A stretch of DNA of 59,785 nt from a virus (lineage: Duplodnaviria > Caudoviricetes): the IMG/VR virus record IMGVR_UViG_3300006169_000032, positions 1 through 59,785 of that record; one strand, given 5' to 3'. The position numbers and the translations under genes are program-made. The notes under the pieces were generated by a model. The model was not told the origin of the DNA, ran no database searches, and saw only the letters and a list, made by a program, of their open reading frames with translations. This document shows positions 19,835 through 29,469 of this stretch, piece after piece. Every line of letters begins with the position of its first letter. Position 1 is the stretch's first letter.

Positions 19835-20083
19835 ATGGGCTGGCAAGAGAATCTTGAAGACATAAGAATAAACGTAGAAGAAACCAAGGAAACTACCGCC
19901 CAAATGACCGACGCTGAATTGGTGCGAGGCGGGGCGGTCGTGCTAGAGGAATTGATATCTCTACAAGAAGAATACAACTACATTCTTGCAGAGTGGAAGG
20001 TGTGGTGGGCCGAAGCCGCCAGGCGCAATCTGCTCAGTGATATTTTGGATAAGAGAGCCGAAGGGCGGGCCGGTAATGGCTGA
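19835..20083 (+). CDS. Hypothetical protein
   Basis: Preceded by repeat RBS. Confidence 0.6.
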   Translation: MGWQENLEDIRINVEETKETTAQMTDAELVRGGAVVLEELISLQEEYNYILAEWKVWWAEAARRNLLSDILDKRAEGRAGNG

Positions 20084-20296
20084 GGCAATATTCCCGGTCT
20101 TCATGGCCGCAATCGTAATACTGGCGGTAAGATGAGCCCCAGCATAACCTGTCCAGAGTGCGGAATGACCTCTTGTCATCCCGTTGATATAGCAGAGGGG
20201 TATTGTGGTAACTGTCATGACTGGACCTCGCCACCTATTTTCATTGGGCCGGGGCCGAATGCGGCTCAGGTGCACGAGCAAGAGGACGATGAGTAA

Positions 20297-20518
20297 ATGT
20301 CATATCCAACAGCCTGTGACGGATGCCAGGCCGGTAATCACAGTGAACACATTGAGTGGCCAGACCCACTGCCTCAACAGGCAACGACTAATTTTGTGTG
20401 CGGCGGCGGTTTTTGTGCCTGTCAAGGACAGTGTGAAATTTTGGGCGGTATCGACAAGAGTGGCGACATATTTGCTCAACTAAAATCCGCTCGTAACTTT
20501 GGAGACAAGAATGAGTAA
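20297..20518 (+). CDS. Cys/His-rich small protein, paralogue of 17294..17497
   Basis: CDGC..GNHSEH...GG.FCACQGQCE. Confidence 0.65.
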   Translation: MSYPTACDGCQAGNHSEHIEWPDPLPQQATTNFVCGGGFCACQGQCEILGGIDKSGDIFAQLKSARNFGDKNE

Positions 20519-20780
20519 TCTTGTTCCTCCCGCCCAAATCGAGCAAATTGTAGGTCGTCAGCGTCACGCCACCGCCCATTATGGACGAGCGGTATCAAGT
20601 GAACGGGTAGTTTATATTCTACATTCTATTCAATGTCTTTATTGGAACGATGATTTGAGAGACTGTCCATTTTCTGTGGCCCTTGACCGAGGAATAGAAG
20701 TAGATAAATGGGTAGAGGACGAGCCGGTACTTCTTTGTGTTATCAATGGCCGACTTCTACCGGACTTTGGAGACAAGTAA
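20511..20780 (+). CDS. Hypothetical protein
   Basis: Preceded by repeat RBS. Confidence 0.6.
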   Translation: MSNLVPPAQIEQIVGRQRHATAHYGRAVSSERVVYILHSIQCLYWNDDLRDCPFSVALDRGIEVDKWVEDEPVLLCVINGRLLPDFGDK

Positions 20781-21103
20781 TGAGAACCTGGCACAAGACA
20801 CACGTTCCAGAGTCCCCCGACGAGGACAATCATACGTGGTGCCATGCTTGCGGTTTCCTGCTGTTGAACAACGGCCAGCCTACCAGGGGGTTCAAGGCAT
20901 ACAGCCCTTGTGTCCCTGTGCCTGATTCGTTGAGAGAGGGCAACCTAGCATATGACGCCATTCAGGAGGCTTTTCGCCGGGGTGTGGAGGCTATGGTAGA
21001 AGACATTGAGCAGCGGTTGCTGGACAATGACTTGCTAACAGCACGACAGGAACTTGAAAGCCTGCGCAGCCTTGGAAAACAGTTTATTGAGGGGGCCTGG
21101 TAA
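20780..21103 (+). CDS. Hypothetical protein
   Basis: TAATG overlap, repeat RBS. Confidence 0.6.
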   Translation: MRTWHKTHVPESPDEDNHTWCHACGFLLLNNGQPTRGFKAYSPCVPVPDSLREGNLAYDAIQEAFRRGVEAMVEDIEQRLLDNDLLTARQELESLRSLGKQFIEGAW

Positions 21104-21417
21104 TGGCTGACTACGAGGAATTGAGGCAGCAGGGGCTTGATGCTCTGGATGAGGCTGAGGCCGGTAGTAATTGTGAGAGAGACGGCCACAGATGCAGCAT
21201 GTGGTATGGCTACTGCCTCGACTGCGGTGAGGAAATTCCTTGGGGGTTGTGGTGACTAGAGAAGAAATTGATAACTTAGAAGCCTGGTTGTCTGAGCACC
21301 AGTACAAGCACGCCATTTCCAATAGTCCGTATGGGCACATTTGTTCCGCCGAATGCCTGGCGCAGACGGTATGGATTTGGTGGGACTCAGACTTTCGTAA
21401 AAGGTGGAATGAGCGTC

Positions 21418-21630
21418 ATGCGTAAGCAATTGTACCCTGTGGAGCGGAAGCCACGCGACCGCTCCCACCTTCCGTGGAAGGTGGAATATGACCTGGCCTA
21501 CGACGGCGGGGGTAGTCGATGGAGCCAGTACTACAGATGGTACTGGCAAGCCAGACTCATGGCCTTTTTGAACTACCACGTGTTTTCCTGGGGCGGTAGC
21601 GCTGTGTTATATGACAACAGGAGCCGGTAG
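21418..21630 (+). CDS. Hypothetical protein
   Basis: Coupled ORF. Confidence 0.5.
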   Translation: MRKQLYPVERKPRDRSHLPWKVEYDLAYDGGGSRWSQYYRWYWQARLMAFLNYHVFSWGGSAVLYDNRSR

Positions 21631-21980
21631 TGAGAATCCGTGACGCCTGGTGTAAAGAGACTTCATACTACCCTGATAAGTGGAGTAGGTTGAATCCGGC
21701 GGTGGGCCAATGCGTCGTTACCGCCCTCGTTTTGCAGGATATTATGGGAGGGTCCATTATCAAGTGCTATGTAGGCGAAGACAGGCTCTCTCACTACTAC
21801 CTGCGCACTGAGGGTATTGACCTGGACCTCACCTTTGAGCAGTGGCTTGATGACGACACGTACCGCCCATTCATTGAGGAAATAGTCGGGCCGGTATCAA
21901 GAGAAAAACTACTCGCCAATGACGACACTCGCAGGCGGTATATCCTATTGAGTGAAAGAGTAATCGGGAGGCCGGTATGA
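21630..21980 (+). CDS. YunG-like protein
   Basis: W...NPAVGQC.VTALVLQD..GG.I.........HY.......DLT.EQ resembles YunG family. Confidence 0.7.
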   Translation: MRIRDAWCKETSYYPDKWSRLNPAVGQCVVTALVLQDIMGGSIIKCYVGEDRLSHYYLRTEGIDLDLTFEQWLDDDTYRPFIEEIVGPVSREKLLANDDTRRRYILLSERVIGRPV

Positions 21981-22168
21981 AGTTTAAAGTACAAACATCA
22001 TGGGCAAGAGACAATAACACAACAGTAGAGTGGTCACTCGATGTATCCGGCCTGAGCGGTCTTTTGGGACGGGAGCAGCAAAGACTAGCCTACGCAATCA
22101 GAGACGGCTTCAGAATGCACGGCTATGAGTCGGAAGTTGTGATTACAACCGAGGCGGTAGTAGAGTAA
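21977..22168 (+). CDS. Hypothetical protein
   Basis: ATGA overlap, GGAGG RBS. Confidence 0.55.
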   Translation: MKFKVQTSWARDNNTTVEWSLDVSGLSGLLGREQQRLAYAIRDGFRMHGYESEVVITTEAVVE

Positions 22169-22559
22169 TGGGTGACTACCTCTGTAAATATTGCCAGGAC
22201 AAAGGATGCAAAATCTGTGAGCGACTGTGCGAAAAGTGCGGCAAGTGGGTGTTCAAAGGCGATGCCTTTCACTACCTAGACTGTAAGAAAGAGGGCCGGT
22301 AGTGAAGAGAATAATCTGCTACTTTAGAGGACACGACCTACGACCCTGGGAAATGATTACCAAGTGTGCCCGTTGCGGCCACATGTACGCGGGCGGCAAG
22401 CATATCAGCGTCTACGTCAGGTCCGTTGAGGGAAATATCAATATTCGTAAAAGGGGCCGGTAATGGAAGAAAGCAAAAACTAGACTGTGGATGTATGGTA
22501 CTCTGGCAAGCAACGCCTGTCTCATAACGAGTGGCCAGATAGTTAGCGTTACAGGTTAT

Positions 22560-23230
22560 AAGATTCATAACACTACAGGTTTTGTGATGATGTTACGATT
22601 GTGTTACGGACCATATACAAAAAGAAGCGATTTCTGTCCATTTGCTATACAAATTGCACAATGAAAGCCCAGAAATCGTAAAAATTGCACAATTCCCGCG
22701 TTTTTCCCAGACCTTTCGTAATTTGCCCCATGATACACTCTATGCTATACTACTAGTAGATGAGAAATAGGTGGGAATGGTAGTCGGCCTCTAAAGACCT
22801 ACCGCCCGGTGCTGATTACTCTCCGTGCAACAGCAATGGACCCGTAATTAGGTATCCTAGGAAGCAATGAACCAGACCGGGGAGCCGAGAAGGTGCTAAC
22901 TTAAGATATTTCCGCTTTTTTCAAAGCCCCTTCGTAATGCGCTTTGCGCTTGCTTACGCAAAGGGCTATTGGTGTTGTTTGCGTTCGAAGAATGTAAAAT
23001 TCCCGCGTTTCGTAAAGGGCTTTCGTAAAGAGGGTTGCGCAAAAAAAAAATCCCGCGTTTGCGGGAACCCTTTCGTAAAGGGCATTTGGGATTTCCCCTG
23101 GGGTTCGGGAAACTGGCATGTTCCGCTGTCAGCGGAAAACGGGGGTTGTCCGAAATGTCCGCTTCCCCCTGGGGGCGTTAAGCCCCCAGCCTTGATTCCT
23201 AAGAATCAAGGCCAGAGACTTTCGATGAAT
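22560..23230. repeat. Non-coding repeat-rich switch region, candidate genome end/terminal-repeat boundary
   Basis: AAATTGCACAAT x2 (22651, 22682), AATTCCCGCGTTT (22691, 22998, variant 23049), several TTCGTAA, A10 tract 23041-23050; convergence of + and - gene blocks. Confidence 0.6.
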
Positions 23231-24190
23231 CTAGATAGCCCTCACAAGTTCAAGAGCCTGAGCACGGAACGTGGCGGTTGCACCGTCCAGACCCATACCG
23301 GCCATTGCGAAGTTCTCCAGACCATTCTCAGTGTTCTGAATGGTGCGACCCCACTGGTTGCGCTCAACAAGAGCCTGAAGCGCACCGAACGCGGTCCCGC
23401 GAACCGGGGCGTTGGGCTGGCCCTTCCACGCCTCCGAGTACAGTTCCATGTTGTTGTCCCACTTGGTCTGAGCACCCTTCTTGTTCTCCTTCGGGCGCTC
23501 ACCCATCAGGCTACCGACAATCTCGAAAAACTTCTTGTCGGTGCACTTCTTCTGGAACAGGGCGTTGGACTCAGCCTCCAGGGCGTCAACCCAGGCGTTC
23601 GTCTCCTTCCACGCCAGGCGCAGCGCACGAATGCGGTCCTGAACCGTGAGAGTGTGACGAATCTTGACGGTATCCGTCAGACCCTTCTTCATGAACCTGA
23701 ACTGGTTGAAGCAACCCAGACGCAGGGCGTCACGACCGAGCACGAAGGCACCGGAGCCGTCATGCGTGGTGATGACCGAAATGGACGGCTTGATTTCGTC
23801 AGCCGCACCCTTCGGGTCGATGATGATGGTACGGCCCACGTCAGCCTGACCGTACACAATCTTACCGCCCTTGAAAGAACCAGCGGCGAACCACTTGGGC
23901 GAAAGTTCGTCCACCAGGCCGAACGCCTGCTCATTCTGGACCTCGCCATACCGCTCACCGTGAATGCCGAGACGGTCCAGACCGCCATCGAACGGGTTGG
24001 TGCGAATGGCCTCAAAAGCCTTCGTGGACGTGCGAGCGTCCGTGACAATCTCACGGAGACGGACGTCCCACTTGGCGAGATTTGCGAGGCGAAGCATCTC
24101 CGCGCTCGTGGTGACCTCGTGGTCAAACACGGTGCCGCGAATGAAGGCGGCAGGCTGGCGGGATGCGAAGGTGGTGAGAGAACGAGACAT
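23231..24190 (-). CDS. DUF932-family protein
   Basis: ERY..VQNE.AF, AGSF.GG, THDGS, RL.C.N, IRHT, RGTAFGALQA.E motifs. Confidence 0.85.
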   Translation of the reverse strand: MSRSLTTFASRQPAAFIRGTVFDHEVTTSAEMLRLANLAKWDVRLREIVTDARTSTKAFEAIRTNPFDGGLDRLGIHGERYGEVQNEQAFGLVDELSPKWFAAGSFKGGKIVYGQADVGRTIIIDPKGAADEIKPSISVITTHDGSGAFVLGRDALRLGCFNQFRFMKKGLTDTVKIRHTLTVQDRIRALRLAWKETNAWVDALEAESNALFQKKCTDKKFFEIVGSLMGERPKENKKGAQTKWDNNMELYSEAWKGQPNAPVRGTAFGALQALVERNQWGRTIQNTENGLENFAMAGMGLDGATATFRAQALELVRAI

Positions 24191-24220
24191 TGAAACTCCT
24201 ATCGAACGGTTGATACAACG

Positions 24221-24250
24221 AGTATAGCATGAGTCGGAGAGTCGTGTCAA
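24221..24250 (-). promoter_or_regulatory. Sigma70-type promoter
   Basis: TTGACA-18-TATACT on minus strand. Confidence 0.8.
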
Positions 24251-24323
24251 GTAAAGAGTCTGGGGTGTCTCAGTATGTGGACGCCCCCGGGGCGTCACCC
24301 TGAGTGACCAGGGTGACCCTCCG

Positions 24324-24467
24324 TCAGAGGTCTTCGACCCGACCGGCGAACCGACCATTCTCGTCACGCACGGTCAACTTGATAACCTGAATGCGCTCCG
24401 ACTTGACCCGGGAGTCACGACCATCGTTGTCGATTTCCCAAATCTCGAAACCAGCCTGAGTTGCCAT
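24324..24467 (-). CDS. Small hypothetical protein (47 aa)
   Basis: AAAGG RBS; RDENGRF motif. Confidence 0.5.
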   Translation of the reverse strand: MATQAGFEIWEIDNDGRDSRVKSERIQVIKLTVRDENGRFAGRVEDL

Positions 24468-24531
24468 TTCTGCCTTTCTGAGAGTGTTTTGAAAGAGGGG
24501 GAGGGGAGGGCCTACCGGCCCTCCCCTGGCA

Positions 24532-24888
24532 TCACGCCTGCGGCGTGGGGTCCGACAGAGCCGCGCCAACGGCGGTCAGGGCCTCAGCGGAGAGGCGACC
24601 ACGCTTGCCAGCGGACTCACCAGCGAGGCGACGGGCCTCCGCAACCGGAACCTGCACGGTGCGGGAGCGGGCCTTGCCAGCCTTGGTGTTCTTGGACACC
24701 TTGACGGCCACGGTGGACTCGTCCTTGGTGCCGAGAACGTACTTCTCACGCGGGTTGGCCGCGTGGAACGCCTTGACGGTCTCGGGGTGGAGACGGCCAC
24801 GGCTACCGGGGGTCGGAACACCCTCGGGCTTTGCGGAAGCGAACCACTCACGGACACGAGCGGCGGAAACGGTCTTACGAGCAGCCAT
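24532..24888 (-). CDS. Lsr2-like DNA-binding protein
   Basis: VREW...GSRGRLHPETVKAF and a second KRGRLSAEA motif; AAGGA RBS. Confidence 0.7.
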   Translation of the reverse strand: MAARKTVSAARVREWFASAKPEGVPTPGSRGRLHPETVKAFHAANPREKYVLGTKDESTVAVKVSKNTKAGKARSRTVQVPVAEARRLAGESAGKRGRLSAEALTAVGAALSDPTPQA

Positions 24889-24927
24889 GGTGTTTTCCTT
24901 TCGTTGGCTGTTTGACTTGATACGACT

Positions 24928-24957
24928 AGTATACGCTAGTGGGGCGGTAGTTGTCAA
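24928..24957 (-). promoter_or_regulatory. Sigma70-type promoter
   Basis: TTGACA-18-TATACT. Confidence 0.8.
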
Positions 24958-25103
24958 TAGGTTGGGGTAGACTTTACTTTAGGATGCTAGAATGCCTGCG
25001 AAGATAGCCCCGAAGACACTACCGGCCAAACCCCAAAGTAAGCCGACGAATGTCACCAGAACGATGATTGCGCCGACGAGCACGAGGATTATCCACAATT
25101 CCC

Positions 25104-25499
25104 TCATGAGTTGCGCTCTGCGCCGTCGTTGACGACAATCACAGGAACATAGCCCGATGTGTTGGACACAATGGCACGGTGCGACTCACACGGGCAATAG
25201 GTCAATGAAAGGCCGGTAAGGAAGCAGGCGGCACGCATCGACCCATATACCTTCTTGCCGTCTATCCAGGCAAAGACTTTGGCGTTGGGGCCATAGACAG
25301 GGGCTTGTGTTTCAATGACCCCAGACTCTACCGGCTTCGTGACAGTCTTCGTCTTGGGAGTTACAGACGGCTTGCGCTTTGGCGTACTGTCTGTATTGCC
25401 CATCGCGGCCCGGTAGGCTTCAGTGATGTGTCTCGGCATACGCCCACGTCCCGGCTTCACATCATAGCCGTTGGCGATTGCCCATTCCTTAGGAGTCAA
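25104..25499 (-). CDS. Protein with N-terminal Lsr2-like DNA-binding motif
   Basis: KEWAIANGYDVKPGRGRMPRHITEAY; TTG start after GGAGAGG. Confidence 0.7.
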   Translation of the reverse strand: MTPKEWAIANGYDVKPGRGRMPRHITEAYRAAMGNTDSTPKRKPSVTPKTKTVTKPVESGVIETQAPVYGPNAKVFAWIDGKKVYGSMRAACFLTGLSLTYCPCESHRAIVSNTSGYVPVIVVNDGAERNS

Positions 25500-25626
25500 G
25501 GGGCACAACCTCTCCACCGGGCGCGGAAACAAGGCCGGTATAGATTACGATTTCCCCGTCGTCAATGTGCTCATCAAACGTGGCGGTGGGGATGATAGCG
25601 AGTATCTGCTGGATTAGGTCGTCCAT
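25489..25626 (-). CDS. Small acidic protein (45 aa)
   Basis: ATG just after TACAAT -10 box. Confidence 0.55.
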   Translation of the reverse strand: MDDLIQQILAIIPTATFDEHIDDGEIVIYTGLVSAPGGEVVPLDS

Positions 25627-25699
25627 GGCTCTATTGTACCTCATTCTCGGTGATTTGGGAAGGGGCGTCTCAGTATGTGGACGCCCCCGGGGTGCCCGA

Positions 25700-26188
25700 T
25701 TAGGCCCTATTGATACCAAAGTCCACAATGTACCACATGCCGTCGAATTCGTCAATGATGACGTTGCAGGCCAGAATGTCCGAAAGGCCGGTAGCGTCCA
25801 TGAGGTCATTACACAACCTATTGGCACAAACAGGAAGGTGACACCGGCAGTCACCAGCGAAACACCATGGAGCCTCAATACCCCGAATGTACTCCATAAC
25901 AATGACAATGCCGTTGGCCGTGTCAATTCGTGCCATGTCAGGCACAGCGAAGTCATGGGGGAGGCTCATCTGGGAGACACGAAGCCAGTTGTCATACTCG
26001 GCCTTTTGCTGACTGGCAAAGTCAATGTCACAGTTGACCTTGTATACCAGCCCGTCCGGCCCGAGATAGGCGACGCGGGTGCCACCGACACCCACAATCT
26101 CAAAATCCTCAACCTCGGGAGGTTCTAGCCTATCTTGTGCCAGTGCGACACGCTCAGCGAGGGCAATCATGTCTGTCGTTATCTCCAT
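25700..26188 (-). CDS. Minimal protein-kinase-like protein
   Basis: GVGGTRVAY Gly loop, VYKV lysine, alphaC Glu, VMEYI hinge, DILACNV catalytic loop, IVDFG. Confidence 0.75.
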   Translation of the reverse strand: MEITTDMIALAERVALAQDRLEPPEVEDFEIVGVGGTRVAYLGPDGLVYKVNCDIDFASQQKAEYDNWLRVSQMSLPHDFAVPDMARIDTANGIVIVMEYIRGIEAPWCFAGDCRCHLPVCANRLCNDLMDATGLSDILACNVIIDEFDGMWYIVDFGINRA

Positions 26189-26293
26189 ACAAGTATGGTA
26201 CCGCGCCTTTACCATCCATGTCTAGAGTTAAGAAGGTAAAGAGAAGGTAAAGCCCCAGGGGCGTCACGCTCCGTAATGGAGCGTGACCCACCG

Positions 26294-26542
26294 TCAATCA
26301 GGACAATGATAAACGTGTTCTACATATTGCCCGTAGACACGCCTGCCCATATAACGATAGTGGCCCAACTTTCTGGCCTCATTTGCCTGTGCAGGGTCGA
26401 ATTCATAGGACCCGGTATCGTCATAGACTGTGGCTATTTCGATAATGTCCCGACAATCACCAAAGGCCGGGAGTGAGTTCCCGGCCCCTGTGATGCTCCT
26501 AACGGTATCTCTACCGCCGAAATTGAGCAAATCAAACATCAT
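26294..26542 (-). CDS. Hypothetical protein
   Basis: Abuts upstream gene. Confidence 0.55.
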   Translation of the reverse strand: MMFDLLNFGGRDTVRSITGAGNSLPAFGDCRDIIEIATVYDDTGSYEFDPAQANEARKLGHYRYMGRRVYGQYVEHVYHCPD

Positions 26543-27295
26543 TCACCTTTTCTTCACCGAGAACAGAACGTCCCCGCGACCGTCAATGCAAATGCCACAA
26601 CGACCACATGCAGAACCCTTTTCCGTGATAAGCGGAATGCGCTTTCCATTCTCGGGACAAGGATATGACTTTCGGGCGGTATCAATGATGGTATCCCGAG
26701 CCTCAGCAAATGTGTCTGCTACCGTCGCAATGTTGACTCCATTGTAGCACATTGCGACCTCGTTTGCAAGGGCAATGTTTACCGGGTCAGCGGAGAGGTA
26801 AACGGTCAGATTCTCAGCCTTTGAAATGACCGGAATAACGTTCAATTCAGGGGTAAAGGAACGGGTGTAAGCCCAGAATTGCACGTCAGGAAAGAGGTTG
26901 ATTGTGTCAACCCACGCCTGCGCATAGTCCAGGGAATAGAAGTCGCCATCCCAATGAATGCGGAAATACTGCTCGGAAATGGGAAGGCCGCGCTTTTGAC
27001 AGTCACGAACAAAGTCCTGGACCATTTCGATAAGCAGGGCACGCATCGCCGGAATACCGCCCAGATAATCCGCGTAAAGAATCTGCTCAAAGTTGGAAGT
27101 GAGGACATTGCGCACGCCCTTGTAAATCTTTTCCAACTTGCCAGCATAGCAAATGCGCTCACAGAATGAGGTTGCACCAGGACATGCAAAAGCCTTTCCG
27201 GCCGGTAGGCCAAAAGAATTGGCAATCTTAGCCGTCTTACCATTAGGGCTAGGGAGGTTTGTCACCTTGCGGTCTGCTGAGCGTGTGAGAGTCAT
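26543..27295 (-). CDS. Gp88-like protein (radical-SAM-like Cys motif)
   Basis: FGLPAG..CPGAT.FC...CYA, FRIHWDGDFYS, FWAYTRS, C..C..C C-terminus. Confidence 0.8.
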   Translation of the reverse strand: MTLTRSADRKVTNLPSPNGKTAKIANSFGLPAGKAFACPGATSFCERICYAGKLEKIYKGVRNVLTSNFEQILYADYLGGIPAMRALLIEMVQDFVRDCQKRGLPISEQYFRIHWDGDFYSLDYAQAWVDTINLFPDVQFWAYTRSFTPELNVIPVISKAENLTVYLSADPVNIALANEVAMCYNGVNIATVADTFAEARDTIIDTARKSYPCPENGKRIPLITEKGSACGRCGICIDGRGDVLFSVKKR

Positions 27296-27527
27296 GTGTC
27301 TATTCTAGGGTATCGTAACCCATGTGTCAAGGGGTGTCTCAGTATTTGGACACCCCCGGGGTGTCCGGTTTAGGCCGGTTCGAACATTCTCCTACCCTGC
27401 TCCAGAAAATCCCTCTCTTCAGGGAAAATGTTGGCACGAATGCACAGGAAGCCATATTCGTCAAAATCCCAGGTCATGTTCGGGAACTGACGCTGAACTT
27501 CCATCAGTCGGGCTACAATGTGCTCTC

Positions 27528-27917
27528 TCACTGGTTGCTCCTGAGGTAGTAGAAATCACGGCCAACGGCGTAGAGGAAATCCGTTCGCTCTACCGGCTCG
27601 CCTGTCTTGTGGTCCTGAAAATAACCCTTCTCGAAATGATAGGTTACCTTCCGCATATCCTTTCGGACACGAAAACTGGGCGGTAGTTGGGTTGGTTGCT
27701 GGTCAATCAACTCCCCTATTGCCCAAGCATGTACGTTACGAACCCCCTCAGCCCTAGCACGCTTAACGCCTGAATTATGGACAACAAACTCCACATCAGA
27801 AAGCACAACTGTTCCAGCATAGTAGGCTCTACCGCCCTTTCTCATGGGTGTGACCGAAATGCATTCCTCGACCCCGCTGGTCACCTTGTTGCGGTGAGGA
27901 TGAATCTTGACTCTCAT
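27528..27917 (-). CDS. Hypothetical protein
   Basis: 129-aa ORF, RNVHAW motif. Confidence 0.65.
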   Translation of the reverse strand: MRVKIHPHRNKVTSGVEECISVTPMRKGGRAYYAGTVVLSDVEFVVHNSGVKRARAEGVRNVHAWAIGELIDQQPTQLPPSFRVRKDMRKVTYHFEKGYFQDHKTGEPVERTDFLYAVGRDFYYLRSNQ

Positions 27918-28093
27918 CGGGTGTAAACCACAACTTCTCTGTTGATGGAATCATATTCGACTCGGACTGGCTTACCCTGTCCACCCTGAAACCTCACCGG
28001 GCACGTTGCCGCAGACGGGTTTTTGGTGATAAGGTACGACAGGGCTGACGAGAGGCCGACAGCCGTGCCGCCGGTAGTTGTTGTTTGTTTCAT
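27914..28093 (-). CDS. Hypothetical protein
   Basis: ATGA coupling on both sides. Confidence 0.55.
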   Translation of the reverse strand: MKQTTTTGGTAVGLSSALSYLITKNPSAATCPVRFQGGQGKPVRVEYDSINREVVVYTR

Positions 28094-28317
28094 GATGTCC
28101 AGTCCGTTATCCGAAGAATGGTGTCTGAGGCTTGGAGAAATCCATGGAGCATGAGCCCGTTTCCAGTAACAAGGTCGTACCAAGAACCCAATTCCTGACT
28201 ATACCACTCTCCGTTAGGAGAAGCGATTGCCAGTACATACAAAGTCCTGTGGTCAGCAACAATTTGTGCCTTCGCCTGGTCACCCGTCATCGGCCCTTCG
28301 TGCTTGTTGAGATTCAT
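28090..28317 (-). CDS. Hypothetical protein (leaderless)
   Basis: ATG 6 nt after TTGACA-18-TACCAT promoter. Confidence 0.6.
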   Translation of the reverse strand: MNLNKHEGPMTGDQAKAQIVADHRTLYVLAIASPNGEWYSQELGSWYDLVTGNGLMLHGFLQASDTILRITDWTS

Positions 28318-28735
28318 AGAACAATGGTAACATCGTCTTGTGTCTGGTGTCAAGGGTTGTCTCAGTATGTGAGAACCCCGGGGGAAATCAACAGAACAGG
28401 GGATGCTCGCCAGCAATCACACGTCGTACGCCATGCGACCAACGCCACTCCAAGCAGGGAAAGGATGCAACTTGTGTTCCACGTAATTATATGCCAGAGG
28501 TCCGGTTACAGTGACTTCGCGCCCGCTCACATGCCTAGGTCATGAATCTTGCGCAGCGGATAGGTTTGTCCACACGCCAACTTACAGTGATTTGTTGTGA
28601 GAACCACAGAGGTTCCATGCATCACCGGGAGTTTCGTTATCCCCTGTTCTGTTGTACCAACAGTATAGCATGGAGTCTCCACGCTCCACAAGAGGGAATC
28701 GTAAACCTCTCACTATGTGAGACACCCCCCGGGGG

Positions 28736-29086
28736 CTATGCGGGACAAGAAAGAGTTTGCGAATACTCCCTAAGTTCATCGGTGACGTGATACCACACAT
28801 CGAATTCTTTTGTTGTTGCTTCAGACTGAGGGGGACCGAAGTAACGTGCAAGGGCATTACCAGGGTTCTCACCCTTTTCTACCGCCTCGGCCACCCAATT
28901 CTCAATGAGGGCAGTAGGGTCCTCGATAACCTGGAATGCATGACGGTGGTATGTGTCATCGACATATACAGGATAGTTGATTCCGTCAATTTCTGTGCCA
29001 TTGACACGAGGGAAGGAGATACCCTGGTACCGCCAGCCATCGGGCTGCTCGCCGCTGTCTGTCATCTTCTCAGACCACTTGAACAT
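28736..29086 (-). CDS. Hypothetical acidic protein
   Basis: GAGG RBS; stop abuts CCCCCCGGGGG. Confidence 0.65.
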   Translation of the reverse strand: MFKWSEKMTDSGEQPDGWRYQGISFPRVNGTEIDGINYPVYVDDTYHRHAFQVIEDPTALIENWVAEAVEKGENPGNALARYFGPPQSEATTKEFDVWYHVTDELREYSQTLSCPA

Positions 29087-29469
29087 CAGAACCTCTTTAC
29101 TAGATAGAAGTCGGTAAAGGAGGACCAGTTTTTGCTGTACCGCCGCGAGCGCCACTCACCCCGTTGGGTGATTTCCTCCCAGGACAACTCCACGTAGTGT
29201 GTTCCCTTGTCGAGAAAGAATCTCATTCACCAGTCCCTATCCCTGCTACCGGCTTTGGGCCGCTTGTACGCCTTGCCACTCGGAATCGGGGCGGTAGCGT
29301 TGGAGCGACGAATTTCCATCATCGCATCATACAACGCCCTGTTACGAGCCTTGGGATTCTGCTTTCTCTTACTCATGTCTCCATGATACCTAGTCTATAT
29401 CGTAAAGTCAATGCTTAGAAGAGGGTTTTACTTGTTCTTTACTTTCCCCCGGGGTGTCCGCATAGCGGA

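Larger units (their letters stand above)
19259..20772 (+). repeat. Six copies of start-associated repeat (C)GTAACTTTGGAG
   Basis: Copies at 19259, 19537, 19725, 19816, 20492 and partial 20764, each 4-7 nt before an ATG. Confidence 0.85.

Noticed and set aside
22937-24193. 418-aa + strand ORF
   Set aside because: Antisense shadow of the DUF932 gene running through non-coding repeats; no RBS or motifs.
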